The notes beneath the pieces were generated by a model. That model did not search any database. It was not told the origin of the DNA and worked only from the letters and a program-made list of their open reading frames with translations. The position numbers and the translations under genes were made by a program. Of a stretch of 64,000 nt of DNA, positions 51,401 through 62,040 are shown piece by piece. Positions within the stretch are counted from its first letter, which is position 1; every line of letters starts with the position of its first letter. The stretch lies in the NCBI RefSeq assembly GCF_028641065.1, contig NC_073400.1, forward strand, positions 29,636,001-29,700,000. The letters run 5' to 3'. This stretch comes from Leucoraja erinacea (taxonomy: Eukaryota).

Positions 51401-54400
51401 CTTGGGATAATTAAATTTTGCTTTTATTTTATTCCCACAGTTCCGTAAATATATCCATTCTTCTGGGAAGCATATTTGGAGTTTTGATTGTTTTGATTGT
51501 TACTGCTGTTTTTGTCATAAAATGCAGGAAATATTCCGCAGCGGGTAAGTGACGCAACTTTAAACATTCCATTTGTACATGAGAAAACTTTCTACATCCA
51601 GTGGATGAGCTGAAGAGGGAAATGTGGAATTCTCCAGAAACCTCTCCCATTCCTTCAGTTCTAACCCTACAATAGTCGAGAGTGTTTTATTGTCATATGT
51701 CCCAGATAGAACAATGAAATTCTTACTGCAGCACAACAGAATATGTATTCATAATAAATAATATAACAAAAACTCAGAAAAAAAACCCCAAACAATAACA
51801 GTGCAATAATAATAATAATAATAGTCTATTGTAGTTCAGAGTGTATGAGGTTGTAGTGTTTAATAGCCTGATGGCTGCAGGGAAGAAGCTGTTCCTGAAC
51901 CTGGACGTTATAATAATAATAATAATAAATTTTATTTTTGGGCGCCTTTCAGAAATCTCAAGGACACCTTACAGAGATTAACAGGAATAAAAAACGTATA
52001 ATCAGAATAAAATAAATAATAAAGACATCACAGAAACACAAATTAAAAACAGAATTCAGTCCAAAAACAAAAAATCAAAAACACAATGTGAAAAAGAGAG
52101 CAGCGGCAGCTAAAGCGCGCCAACGTCCACTCTCCCTTCCGACAGCCATCTTTGCACAAAGACTAACAGGATTACTTACAGACAAAAAAAAATCATCCCC
52201 CCACAATGGATACCACTGTGGGGGAAGGCACAATGTCCAGTCCCCAACCCCAAGTTCACCCAAAGTCAGGCCTATTGAGGCCACCGCAATTGCCTCTACG
52301 GAGGCCCGATGTTCTGGCCGTTCTCACCGTGTGATCTTGCCCCAGCGTCGGGAGAGTCCTCTCAGCGGCTGGGCCACTTGGAACGGCCGCTTCCTAGCTG
52401 GAGACCGCGGCTTCCGAAGCCGACAAGGCCGCGCCGGCCTGGAGCTCCCAGGCTCCCGATGTTGAATTCGGCGCCGCCTGCTCCGCTCTGCAGACCCGCA
52501 GCCCGGAGGTGTCGAACACGGCGGACACAGCTCACCGGAGCTCCAGCACGGCGACCCAGACAAGGCACCGCCCGCTCCGCGACAGCGCCCCGGCGCTGCG
52601 CCACCACCGAGGCCGAGGTGCTGGGCAGTCCCCGCCAGGAAACGGCGCTCCAAGCCTGCTGGTAGGCCACGAGGCCGGTCGACGGGCAGCCCAGAGAAAA
52701 AGCTGCCTCACCGACCAGGTAGGGACCTAGAAGTAAAATTGCCTCCAACCCCCCACATTAAAAAGTCAATTTCTCCAACGGACGAAACACAGGACTTACT
52801 AAAAATATTTTATTTTAAAAAAAGCAAAGTAAACGGACGGCTGCTGGTTAGCAGCTGCTCCCCAAGATGGCTCCTCACATTCCCAAGTTCTAGTTATAGT
52901 TCTCAGGCTCCTGTACCTTCTTCCCGATGGCAGTGGTGAGATGGCCAGGATGGTGTGGGTCTTTGATGTAGTTGGCTGTCTTTTTGATGACGATAGATCA
53001 GACGATAGCGCCCTGGCGAGGAAAAGACTACAAAAAGTAGGAAACACTGCCCAGTCCATCATCGGCTCTGACCTCCCTGCCATCGAGGGGATCTATCGCA
53101 GTCGGTGCCTCAAAAAGGCTGGCACTATCATCAAGGACCCACACCATCCTGGCCACACACTCATCTCCCTGATACCTATAGGTAGAAGGTACAGGAACCT
53201 GAAGACTGCAACGACCAGGTTCAGGAATAGCTACTTCCTCATCTCCGTTCTAAATGGCCTACCCCTTATATTTAAAATGTGGCCCCTGGTTCTGGACTCC
53301 TCCAACATAGGGAACATGTTTCCTGCCTCTAGTGTGTCCAATCCCTTAATAATCTTCCATGTTTCAATAAGACACCCTCTCATCCTTCTAAAGTTTAGGG
53401 AGGAAACGGGAGCACCCGGAGAAAACCCACACGGTCACGGGGAAAACATGCAAACTGATGTGTTAATACTCAGATTATTTGTGTTTTCAATAAAATTAGG
53501 ACATGGATCATGTGGGGCAAATAGTAATCAATTCACCTTGGCTAACGACCTCATATATCCTCAAGCCAAGTTAAGAGTATTTAATTATCAAATATATTGA
53601 AAACAGAACAATGAAATTCTTGCATGCAGCAGCTTAACAGACCCTTCAGAGAGAACAGGGAAAGCCTAAGTTACTTGTCTCATCCGACAGCATCTCCAAC
53701 AATAATTCAGTGCTTGAGTTCCACGCTGAATGGTTAGACACGATCTTTGTGTTCGACTCATATGGCAGTGGGATTTGAACCCCCCCAACCTCTGGCTCAC
53801 AGTGTCACCAGCTGAACGCCAGCTGACACCTGCAGGAATCTATGGAGAGGCTGCACTCGAGACGAACAATGAATAAGAATATGCCCTGACACTACAGACT
53901 CGAATCGAGCAATAGACAGAGAACAATATACAATGCTGTACATACAAGACACAAGTATGCACAAGGACAGTAACATAACGTTCCAATCATAGGAGTGATA
54001 AAATAGGTCCTGTGTGTGTGACATTCATTCAAGTCCATCCTCCATCACCACAGTATGGTTCAATTATTCATTTACTGAATTATTAAATCAGTACCAAGAG
54101 CAAGAGGAGCCATTTTGGTGTTTTCAGGTGGATTAAAGACAGGCTGACATTTAAAAAAAAATAGCAATCCTACAGTGACACATGATGTGCTTGGATGTGT
54201 TTTAAAGGGACATCTTCTGAGATATAATGTTTTCTTGCTGTTTAGTTTAGTTTAGAGATACAGCCATAAGCCCACCGAGTCCAACCAGCGTACACTAGTT
54301 CCATCCCACACACAAGGGACAATTTACAGAAGTCAATTAACCTACAAACATGCACATCTTTGGAGTTTGGTTTAGTTTAATTTAGTTTAGTTTGGAGATA

Positions 54401-55437
54401 CAGCGTGGAAACAGGCCCTTTCGTCCCACCGAGTCCTCACCAACCAGCGACCACCCCCTACACTAGTTCTATCCTACACACAAGGGACAATTTCCAGAAG
54501 CCAATTAACGTACAAACCTGCACATCTTTGGAGTGTGGCAGGAAACCAGAGCACCCGGAGAAAATCCACGCAGGTCACGGGGAGAACGTGCTAACTCCGT
54601 ACAGACAGCACCCGCAATGAGGATTGAACCCGTGTCTCCGGCGCTGTAAAGCAGCAACTCTACCGCTGCACCACTGTGCTGCTTTAAAGAAAAAAATTAC
54701 CTTTCAGTCGACTTGCTTATTGCAAATGTCAAAACACACTGCAGACAACTATTCATTAAAATATGTACTGCAACGGATTAATTTTTAGTCGTATTACTGC
54801 AATCTATTTCTTTATCATCCTTAGGGAAGAAAGGAATCGGTCACAAAGAAGAAGAATATAATGCTGTCTGCAATTCTGTGGTAAGGAATTCTCATCTGAT
54901 GTCTGTCTGATACAAGATACAAGATACAAGATACATTTAATTGTCATTTGGACCCCTTGAGGTCCAAACGAAATGCCGTTTCTGCAGCCATACATTACAT
55001 TACAAACACATAGACCCAAGACACAACATAATTTACATAAACATCCATCACATCGCTGTGATGGAGGCCAAAAAAACTTATCTCCCCCCTGCCCTCTCCC
55101 CCCCCCCCCCATGTCAGAGTCAAAGTCAAAGCCCCCGGCTGGCGATGGCGATTGTCCCGCGGCCATTAAAGCCACGCCGGGTGGTGCGAGGTCGCACACC
55201 GGGTCTTGCTGTTAGAGCCCCCGGCGTGCGCTCGCAGAGTCCCGCGACCATTCCAAGCCGCGTGGGGCAGTGATGTAGGCCCCGCTCCAGGAGCTCTTCA
55301 ACCCCGCAACTCGGGCGGGAGAAGTCGCCGTTGCGGGAGCCCTGAAAAGCGGTCTCCCTCCAGGGAGCCGCGGGCTCCCGGTGCCGCCGTCCACAGACCT
55401 GCCGTTGGAGCCTCCGACTCTCCGTTAGCAGCAGCAG

Positions 55438-55469
<32 letters not shown>

Positions 55470-58104
55470 GCGCTCCTCCACCTCTCCACCCGCTCCGGAC
55501 TCGGCCAGCCCCACGACGGCGACGGTGAGTCGTAGCACCAGAGTCCCCGGCTTCTTCCTGTTGGAGGCCGCTCCTCGTTGCGGCCCCAACGACAACGGAA
55601 ACCCGACGAGAAAAGGTCGGGTCTCCAGTGCAGGGAGAGATTTAAAAAGTTTCCCCCCCCCCCCCACCCCCCCACCCCCCCACACACACACACCCCAACA
55701 AAAAATAACAAAAACTAAAATAAAACACAGACAGAAAATAATAAAACGCGGACAGACTGCAGAGGCCGCTGCTGACCAGAGTCGCGCTGCCCACCGGCAA
55801 TGATCATTAATAGAATGTGTCTCTATGCTATCGCTTGGATATTTATTTATCCGATGTATTCTATACAATATTATTCCACATAATCCACAAAACGCCAAGT
55901 ACAATCTGGGCGCATGTGAGTGCCCAAGGGTTATGGGGATCAGATGGAGTTGGTGTATAAGATTAAAAATTCAGATCACAGAACAGTACAGCACAGGAAC
56001 AGGCCCTTCGGCCCACAATGTCTGCAGTTTAGTTTAGTTTATTTTAAAGATACAGTGTAGAAACAGGCACTTCGGCCCACCGAGTCCGCGCCGACCAGCA
56101 ATCCCCGCACACTTACACTATCCGACACACACCAGGGACAATTTACAATTTCACGAAGCCCATTAGCGTACAAACCTGTACGACTGTGGAGTGCTGGAGG
56201 AAACCGTAGCTCCCAGAGATAACCCACGCAGGTCACAGGGAGAACGTATAAACTCCATACAGACAGCACCCATAGTCAGGATCGAACCCGGGTCACAGGC
56301 GCTGTAAGGCAGCAAATCTACCGCTGCGCCACCGTGCCGCCCCTGTACTGACAATGATAGTGAGACTAACCCCTTTCTGTCCGCACATAATCAGTATCCC
56401 TGCATATCCATGTGCTTGTCCAAGTGTCTCTTAAATGCCACTTTCATAATCTGCCTCCACCACCATCACACACAGCTGTGCAAACCAGTCACCCACCTAT
56501 GTGTAAAAAAAAAGTAAACTTGGGCCTTACATGTCCTTTAAAGATTGCCCCAAACACCTTAAAGCAATGCTCTCCAGTCTGGGGAAAAAGGTTTCTGGCT
56601 GTCTCCCCTCTCAATGCCGCTCATAGTTTTATATAGGTCTCCCCTCAACCTTCGGCATTCCAGAGAACACATGGCAGATCTGTCGTAAAGAGGCAGATCA
56701 TCTCCTTAGCTTCTACTTGTTGTTATCTTATGATGAGCATGGTTCAGTTACAACGTGTCACAGGGTCATCTTCATATATTCACATTATAACAGAAGTACA
56801 ATATAGTCCTGTTTTAATCTAAATATATGCACAGAGTCTCTTGCCCAGAGTGGGTGAATTTGTGGCCCAGAGGACATAGGTTTAAGGTGATGGGAATCTG
56901 AGGAGTAACTATTGAAGTAGACCATTATTATTATTGCACTATATTTGTTTATTTATTGAGTGTGTGTGTATGTGTGTATATATACATACTGAAGTTTTTT
57001 TTTTCTCCCATTATGTACTATGTTTCCATATTCTGTTGTGCTGCAGCAAGTAAGAATTTCATTGTCCTATCTGGGACATATGACAATAAAACACTCTTGA
57101 CTCGTGAACTTTTTTAAACAAAGGGTGGTGAGTGTATGGATCGAGCTGCCAGAGGAAGTAATTGAGGCTGGGACTATCCCAACATTTAAAAAAAGGTTAG
57201 ACAGGTTTGGAGGGTTATGGACCAAGCGCAGGCAGGTGGGACATGTTGGCTGGTGTGGACAAACTGGGCCGAAGGGCCTGTTTCGACACTGTATCACTCA
57301 CTCTATATAAAGATGGCTCGTTGGCAAATTGTAACTGAACCATGCTAATCATTAAAAAAATAACATAAAGTACAATATAGTCCTTTGTGCAAAATGTACA
57401 GCTAATCCATTTCATTTATTGTTCCAATTAAATCAATAGACAATAGGTGCAGGAGTAGGCCATTCGGCCCTTCGAGCCAGCACCGCCATTCAATGTGATC
57501 ATGGCTGATCACCCCCAATTAGTACCCCGTTCCTGCCTTCTCCCCATATCCCCTGACTTCACTATTTTTAAGAGCCCTATCTAGCTCTCTCTTGAAAGCA
57601 TCCAGAGAACCTGCCTCTACCACCCTCTGAGGCAGAGAATTCCACAGACTCCGTTTCGTCTCCGTTCTAAATGGCTTACTCCTTATTCTTGAACTGTGGC
57701 CCCTGGTTCTGGACTCCCCCAACATCGGGAACATGTTTCCTGCCTCCAGCGTGTCCAAGCCCTTAACAATCTTATATGTTTCAATGAGATACCCTCTCAT
57801 CCTTCTAAACTCCAGAGTGTACAAGCCCATGATTATAACAAGAATTAAAAGAGAGCCATATTCAGCATTCTGTGGTGGAATCAATAAAAGATTTAAATTT
57901 GTTTTGGCTTAAAGATCGACGGATGACATACTGTTTAACAATAACATTTTGACCTTCTTTTGAAAGTCTTCCAGAGATGACGAAGAAGGTAAATTAAGTG
58001 ACACGACCACGGATAAATCCAGCACTCAGACACAAGAAACCTTCCGCGATATTCATCAGACACCAGACCACGAAGAGAAGGAGAATCTCTCGTGCCAGAA
58101 TTGA
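30410..58104 (+). CDS. Gene 2: CD300/pIgR-like receptor with four tandem IgV exons; join(30410..30458,33927..34247,37907..38227,41833..42153,45749..46069,47226..47292,51441..51544,54825..54880,57967..58104), 565 aa if all four are included (244 aa with one)
   Basis: All junctions are GT-AG and in phase (1698 nt including stop); same exon order and phases as gene 1; I found only one leader and one stalk/TM/tail set for four Ig exons. Confidence 0.75.
31845..32765 (+). mobile_element. ~0.9-kb CpG-rich non-coding retroposon-like element
   Basis: Starts caagatggcgg, ends tgtaaagcactttg..aataaataa(tat)n; flanked by actatga direct repeats. Confidence 0.65.
33927..34247 (+). CDS. Gene 2 IgV exon copy 1
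   Basis: ttacAG acceptor; AALTGPKLVSG...TIRC...KYWCKGSDWKSC...DTGLYWCGIVQLGYD...LNVTE; AAG|GTAAG donor; 321 nt. Confidence 0.93.
34639..35537 (-). mobile_element. CR1 LINE 3' fragment with internal deletion (array unit 1)
   Basis: Peptides KSPGPD..HPRVLKE..WRVANVTPLFKKG..GNYRP and LSYEERLDRLGLYSLE..RGDLIE..; tail toward 34639; deletion junction near 35156. Confidence 0.9.
35538..37682. repeat. Unclassified ~2.1-kb segment (AT-rich part, G/purine-rich low-complexity part, CpG-rich end with terminal hairpin); also 39530..41610 and 43445..45524
   Basis: Recurs in all three units; ends CTTATAGC-GGA-GCTATAAG-ATCTTTG; probably transposon-derived, family unknown. Confidence 0.55.
37907..38227 (+). 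CDS. Gene 2 IgV exon copy 2 (KYLC variant)
   Basis: Intact 321-nt frame and both splice sites; Trp->Leu at 38005..38007. Confidence 0.85.
38627..39529 (-). mobile_element. CR1 LINE fragment (array unit 2)
   Basis: Copy of 34639..35537. Confidence 0.9.
41833..42153 (+). CDS. Gene 2 IgV exon copy 3 (KYLC variant)
   Basis: Intact 321-nt frame and both splice sites; Trp->Leu at 41931..41933. Confidence 0.85.
42546..43444 (-). mobile_element. CR1 LINE fragment (array unit 3)
   Basis: Copy of 34639..35537. Confidence 0.9.
45749..46069 (+). CDS. Gene 2 IgV exon copy 4
   Basis: Intact 321-nt frame and both splice sites; KYWC retained. Confidence 0.92.
46267..46865 (+). mobile_element. CR1 3' fragments bounding the right end of the array
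   Basis: RRTFFTQRVVNLWNSLP peptide; (tttctatg)n tail. Confidence 0.85.
47226..47292 (+). CDS. Gene 2 stalk exon DPTTQPPTISPELQETAHHGNQ
   Basis: tttttcAG acceptor, AAG|GTAAC donor, Pro/Thr-rich, phase 1 to 2 as in the gene 1 stalk. Confidence 0.8.
48456..48785 (+). mobile_element. tRNA-derived SINE (HE1/V-SINE-like)
   Basis: Same head, core and tail. Confidence 0.85.
49094..49630 (-). mobile_element. Young CR1 LINE 3' end
   Basis: Uninterrupted 144-aa ORF2 C-terminus (IEGVQRRFTRLIPG..LWNSLP..) plus (catagaaa)3 tail. Confidence 0.92.
50126..50641. repeat. Local inverted duplication, 160-bp arms (50126..50285, 50482..50641), 196-bp spacer
   Basis: Arms are reverse complements with about 4 mismatches; ORFs 50051..50305(-) and 50429..50686(+) give the same peptide. 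Confidence 0.92.
50742..51340 (+). mobile_element. CR1 LINE 3' fragment
   Basis: MLRLYKALVRP..LERVQRRFTRMIPG..GLYS.EFRRMRG.. with frameshifts. Confidence 0.85.
51441..51544 (+). CDS. Gene 2 transmembrane exon SVNISILLGSIFGVLIVLIVTAVFVI-KCRKYSAA
   Basis: ttcccacAG acceptor, hydrophobic uncharged helix plus basic cluster, CGG|GTAAG donor, phase 2 to 1. Confidence 0.88.
51912..52890 (-). mobile_element. ~1-kb CpG-rich retroposon-like element inserted in a Rex1-like fragment
   Basis: (taa)n tail at the left, gttata direct repeats; interior similar to 1580..2410. Confidence 0.65.
53005..53236 (+). mobile_element. Rex1/Babar-like LINE ORF C-terminal fragment
   Basis: RKRLQKVGNTAQSIIG.DLP.IE.IYRSRCLKKA..IIKDPHHPGH...GRRYR.LKTATTRFRNSYF. 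Confidence 0.75.
54825..54880 (+). CDS. Gene 2 cytoplasmic exon GKKGIGHKEEEYNAVCNSV
   Basis: ccttAG acceptor, GTG|GTAAG donor; 56 nt, phase 1 to 0; begins xKK and ends NSx like gene 1 exon 5. Confidence 0.78.
54908..55800 (-). mobile_element. CpG-rich retroposon-like element with (gatacaa)n tail and internal (CAG)n
   Basis: Tail at 54908..54934, GC-rich body, microsatellite at 55427..55471. Confidence 0.55.
56027..56342 (-). mobile_element. tRNA-derived SINE (HE1/V-SINE-like); further copies near 3820, 11055, 13888, 14410, 19125, 22760, 31060, 47382, 54370, 60395, 62100
   Basis: (gttta)n tail then the reverse complement of the SINE core and tRNA head. Confidence 0.85.
57435..57830 (-). mobile_element. 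CR1 LINE 3' fragment
   Basis: GLYTLEFRRMRGYLIETYKI.. plus (caataga)n tail. Confidence 0.85.
57967..58104 (+). CDS. Gene 2 terminal exon SSRDDEEGKLSDTTTDKSSTQTQETFRDIHQTPDHEEKENLSCQN*
   Basis: cttcttttgaaAG acceptor; first 24 residues align ungapped to gene 1 exon 6 (7 identities). An alternative AG 8 nt downstream would give an immediate stop. Confidence 0.62.
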   Translation, partial: SSRDDEEGKLSDTTTDKSSTQTQETFRDIHQTPDHEEKENLSCQN

Positions 58105-58486
58105 TCCGTTCTCAACAATTGGATTATAATCATAGTGTATCTGCTTTCAACACTTCAAACTTGTACGTTAACTTTAATGGGTCCTTTCAACTCAGCTATT
58201 AGCTTCATTTCTACAGCCTGGCATTGAATCAGAGTCTATATGTTATTTAGATTTAGTTTTAGACTAGGGATACAGAGCAGAAACAGGCCCTTCGGTCCAC
58301 CGAGTCTGCACAGACCAAAGATCACCTGTACACAGGTTCTATCCTGCAGACTAGGGACAATTTACGGAAGCCAATTAAAGTGAACAATGACCAATGATCC
58401 TGCGTACACTTGCACTATCCTACACGCCAAGGACAAGTTACAGAAGCCGATCAATCTACAAACAAGCCACCTGTCCCGCTGAGTAA

Positions 58487-58714
58487 TGCCCCTGTCCCAC
58501 TTAGGAAACCTGAACGGAAACCTCAGGAGACTTTGCGCCCCACCCAAGGTTTCCGTGCGGTTCCCGGAGGTTTTTGTCACTCTCCCTACCTGCTTCCACT
58601 ACCTGCAACCTCCGGCAACCACCTGCAAACTCCGGGAACTGCACGGAAACCTTGGGTGGGGCGCAAAGTCTCCAGAGGTTTATGTTCAGGACTCCTCTAA
58701 GTGGGACAGTGGCA
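58487..58714. mobile_element. Second copy of the palindromic MITE
   Basis: Same TIRs as 4028..4240; flanked by taa/tta. Confidence 0.8.
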
Positions 58715-59099
58715 TTACTCTTATCATTTTGCGTCTATATTCGGGGTAAACCAGCATCTGCAGTTCCTTCCTGCGCATCTTTGGAATGTGGGAAGAAGCC
58801 AGAGCACCTGGAGAAAACCTATGTGGTCACAGAAAGATCGTACAAACTCAGGATTGAACCTGGGTCTCTGGCGTTGTGAGGCAGCAACTCGACCGCTGCG
58901 CTACTATGCCACCCTAATGTCAGTGTTGTAACAGATAAATACTGCGACACTACTTGAGTAGAAGGGGTAACTCTGTACTAAACCAGAGTGAGGGTTAACT
59001 TCTCGATTCACCCTCAGACACAGACCCAATGCCTTGGTTTTACAGAGGAAATGCCTTCAAATCCTTTCATGAAGTTCTTTTCCAAAATAATTGCCATAC

Positions 59100-59610
59100 A
59101 CATAGAGTGACACAGTGTGGAAACGGGCCCTTCAGCCCAACTTGCCCACACCAGCCAACTTGTCCCAGGCTAGCTACACTAGTCCCACCAGGCCCATATC
59201 CCTTGAAACCTGTCCTATCCAAGTACCCTATCTAACTGTTTCTGAAACGTCAGGATAGTCCCTACCTCAACTACCTCCTCTGGCAGTTTGTTCCATACAT
59301 CCACCATCCTTGGTGTGAAAAAGTTACCCCTCAGATTCCTATTGAATCTTTTCCCCTTCACATTACACCTATGTTCTCTGGTCCTCGATTCCCTTACTCT
59401 GGGCAAGAGACTACGTGCATCTACCCGATCTATCCCTCTCGTAATTTTATACATTTCTATGAGATCACCCCTCATCCTCCTGTGCTCCAAGGAATAGAAT
59501 CCCAGCCTACTCAACCTCTCCTTATAGCTCAGACCATGTAATCCTGGCAACATCCTCGTAAATCTTCTCTGTACCCTTTCTAGCTAGACAACATCTTTCC
59601 TATAACACGA
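59100..59610 (-). mobile_element. CR1 LINE 3' fragment (second subfamily)
   Basis: LPGLHGLSYKERLSRLGFYSLEHRRMRGDLIE..WNKLPEEVVE. Confidence 0.85.
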
Positions 59611-59911
59611 TGCTTTTGAAAAACCCATCTGGTTATTATATCAATTGATCACTAATTTACTGTTCTCACCTCCAATGACAAGAGCAGCTTAGGTTAACCA
59701 ATAAAATATGTTTGTTAATAAACAGCCTTTTAAACAAAACCAGGTCTGCTCTTTGGCATAATTCTTTCCTAAAAGCAAGTGATTATGCAATGCTTATACA
59801 ATACTTGGGGTGCTGTGTCTGGTAATATGATTCATGTAGCTATTTATTGTAGACTGGTGCTAGTTTCGATGGAGGAACAGGCAAGGATAACATGTGGGGT
59901 ATGAGAAAGAT

Positions 59912-60380
59912 AAACATAGAAACATAGAAAATAGGTGCAGGAGGAGGCCATGCGGCACTTCGAGCCAGCACCGCCATTCATTGTGACCATAGCTGATTGT
60001 CCCCAATCAATAACCCGTGCCTGCCTTGTCTCCATATCCCTTGATTCCACCAGCCCCGAGAGCTCTATCTAACTCTCTCTTCAATCCATCCTGTGACTTG
60101 GCCTCCACTGCCCTCTGTGGCAGGGAATTCCACAAATTCACAACTCTCTGGGTGAAAACATTTTTTCTCATCTCAGTCTTAAATGGCCTCCCCTTTATTC
60201 CAAAACTGTGGCCCCTGGTTCTGGACTAGCCAACATTGGGAACTATTTTCCTGCATCTAGCTTTTCCAGTCCTTTTATAATTTTATATGTTTCTATAAGA
60301 TCCCCTAAACTCCAGCGAATACAAGCCGAGTCTTTTCAATCTTTCCACATATGACAGTCCCGCCATCCCAGGGATCAATC
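59912..60380 (-). mobile_element. CR1 LINE 3' fragment
   Basis: (catagaaa)n tail plus ORF2-end sequence. Confidence 0.8.
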
Positions 60381-61544
60381 CCGTTTGGTTGATTAGTTTG
60401 GTTTAGAGATACCGCATGGAAACTGGACTATTGATCCACCGAGTCCACGCCGACCACTGATCACCTGTACACACTAATTCTGTTATCCCACTTTCTCATT
60501 CATTCCCTACATATTTGCAACAAAATTTTCAGAGGTATTTAACCTACAAACTTGCATGGATTGGGGATGTGGAAGGAAGCCGGAGCACAAGGAGGAAACC
60601 CACGAGGTCACAGGGAGAACATTCAAACTCCACACAGACAGCACCCGTAGTGGGGATCGAACCCGGGTCTCTGGTGCTGTGAGGCAGCAGCAAACCGCTG
60701 CACCACCGTGCCGCTCTGAAGAGAGAGAGCAGGCTTGTGAGAGCAGAGCAGCAGAGCAGCAGAGCAGCAGGCCAGCTAAATGCCTCATCAGAGTGACAGC
60801 ACCTTCAGCAACTTTAGACACAGTGCATAGGACAAACAGAATCAAGTGATATGGGGAGAGAGCAGGAACTGGGTACTGATTTATGTTGATCTGCCACGAT
60901 CATATTGAATGGCGGTGCTGGTTCGAAGAGCCGAATGGCCTACTCCAGCGCCTATTTTCTATGCTTCTATGTTTGCATTGCGGAGCTCCCTCAGTACAAC
61001 ACTCCCTCCGTGCTCGGCGTTCTGGAGTGGGAACTGAACCAACATCTCTCTAACTCACTCAATAGTTTTCACCCACTGAGCTTGCACTGCAGGACCCAAC
61101 ACTGGGCCTTGGTGTGGCTCAGTTAGCGTGGTAAAGTCACACAGGACTCCTGCTAGAAACAGCGTGGGAAATGTTGAACTTAGACCACAGGTCTCACATT
61201 GAAAACCATGTGAAACTCAACCGCTTCTGAAATGAGGAAGCACCGCGATGACTTTTCATGTTTGCATTCAAGGAATCTGTGGCAACCTCTTTAGTTTAGC
61301 CTATTATAGTCATGTGTACAGAGGTGCAGTGAAAAGCTTTTCTGATGTATGATATCCAGTCAGTGAAAACACTATATACGATTACAATCAAGCCATACAC
61401 AGGATACAGGTACAGGATAATCCGACCTCTACAATGTAATCTCACAGAGGCTGATGGGTACATGGAAGGAGCATGTCCAGAGAAGGTAGTGTAGACAGGT
61501 ACTAGTAACAACATTGAAAAGCATAAGGACATGGTACGTGGATA

Positions 61545-62040
61545 GAAACATAGAAATTAGGTGCAGGAGTAGGCCCTTCGAGCCTGCACCGCCATTCAAT
61601 ATGATCATGGCTGATCATCCAACTCAGTATCCCGTACCTGCCTTCTCTCCATACACCCTCATCTCGGTTTTAAAGGATTTCCCCCTTATCCTTAAGCTGT
61701 GACCCCTTGTCCTGGACTTCCCCAACATCGGGAACAATCTTCCTGCATCTAGCCTGTCCAACCCCTTAAGAATTTTGTAAGTTTCTATAAGATCCCCCCC
61801 TCAATCTTCTGAATTCTAGCGAGTACAAGCCGAGTCTATCCAGGCTTTCTTCATATGAAAGTCCTGACATCCCAGGAATCAGTCTGGTGAACCTTCTCTG
61901 TACTCCCTCTATGACAAGAATGTCTTTCCTCAGATTTGGAGACCAAAACTGTACACAATACTCCAGGTGTGGTCTCGCCAATACCCTGTAGAACTGCAGT
62001 AGAACCTCCCTGCTCCTATACTCAAATCCTTTTGCTATGA
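61545..62040 (-). mobile_element. CR1 LINE 3' fragment with internal deletion
   Basis: RPHLEYCVQFWSPNLRKDI..EGVQRRFTRLIPG. Confidence 0.88.

Noticed and set aside
52941-53600. Longest ORF (219 aa) as a gene
   Set aside because: Chance read-through across Rex1-like, antisense CR1 and SINE fragments.
55425-55904. Poly-Cys / poly-Leu / poly-Ala ORFs
   Set aside because: Translations of a (CAG)n/(CAA) microsatellite inside a repeat.
30410-58104. Calling gene 2 a true PIGR ortholog
   Set aside because: The domains are near-identical recent copies, the Cys-to-Trp spacing is 12 (CD300-like) rather than the 14 of pIgR D1, and the D1 Ig-binding VNRH-type loop is absent. Any resemblance is architectural.
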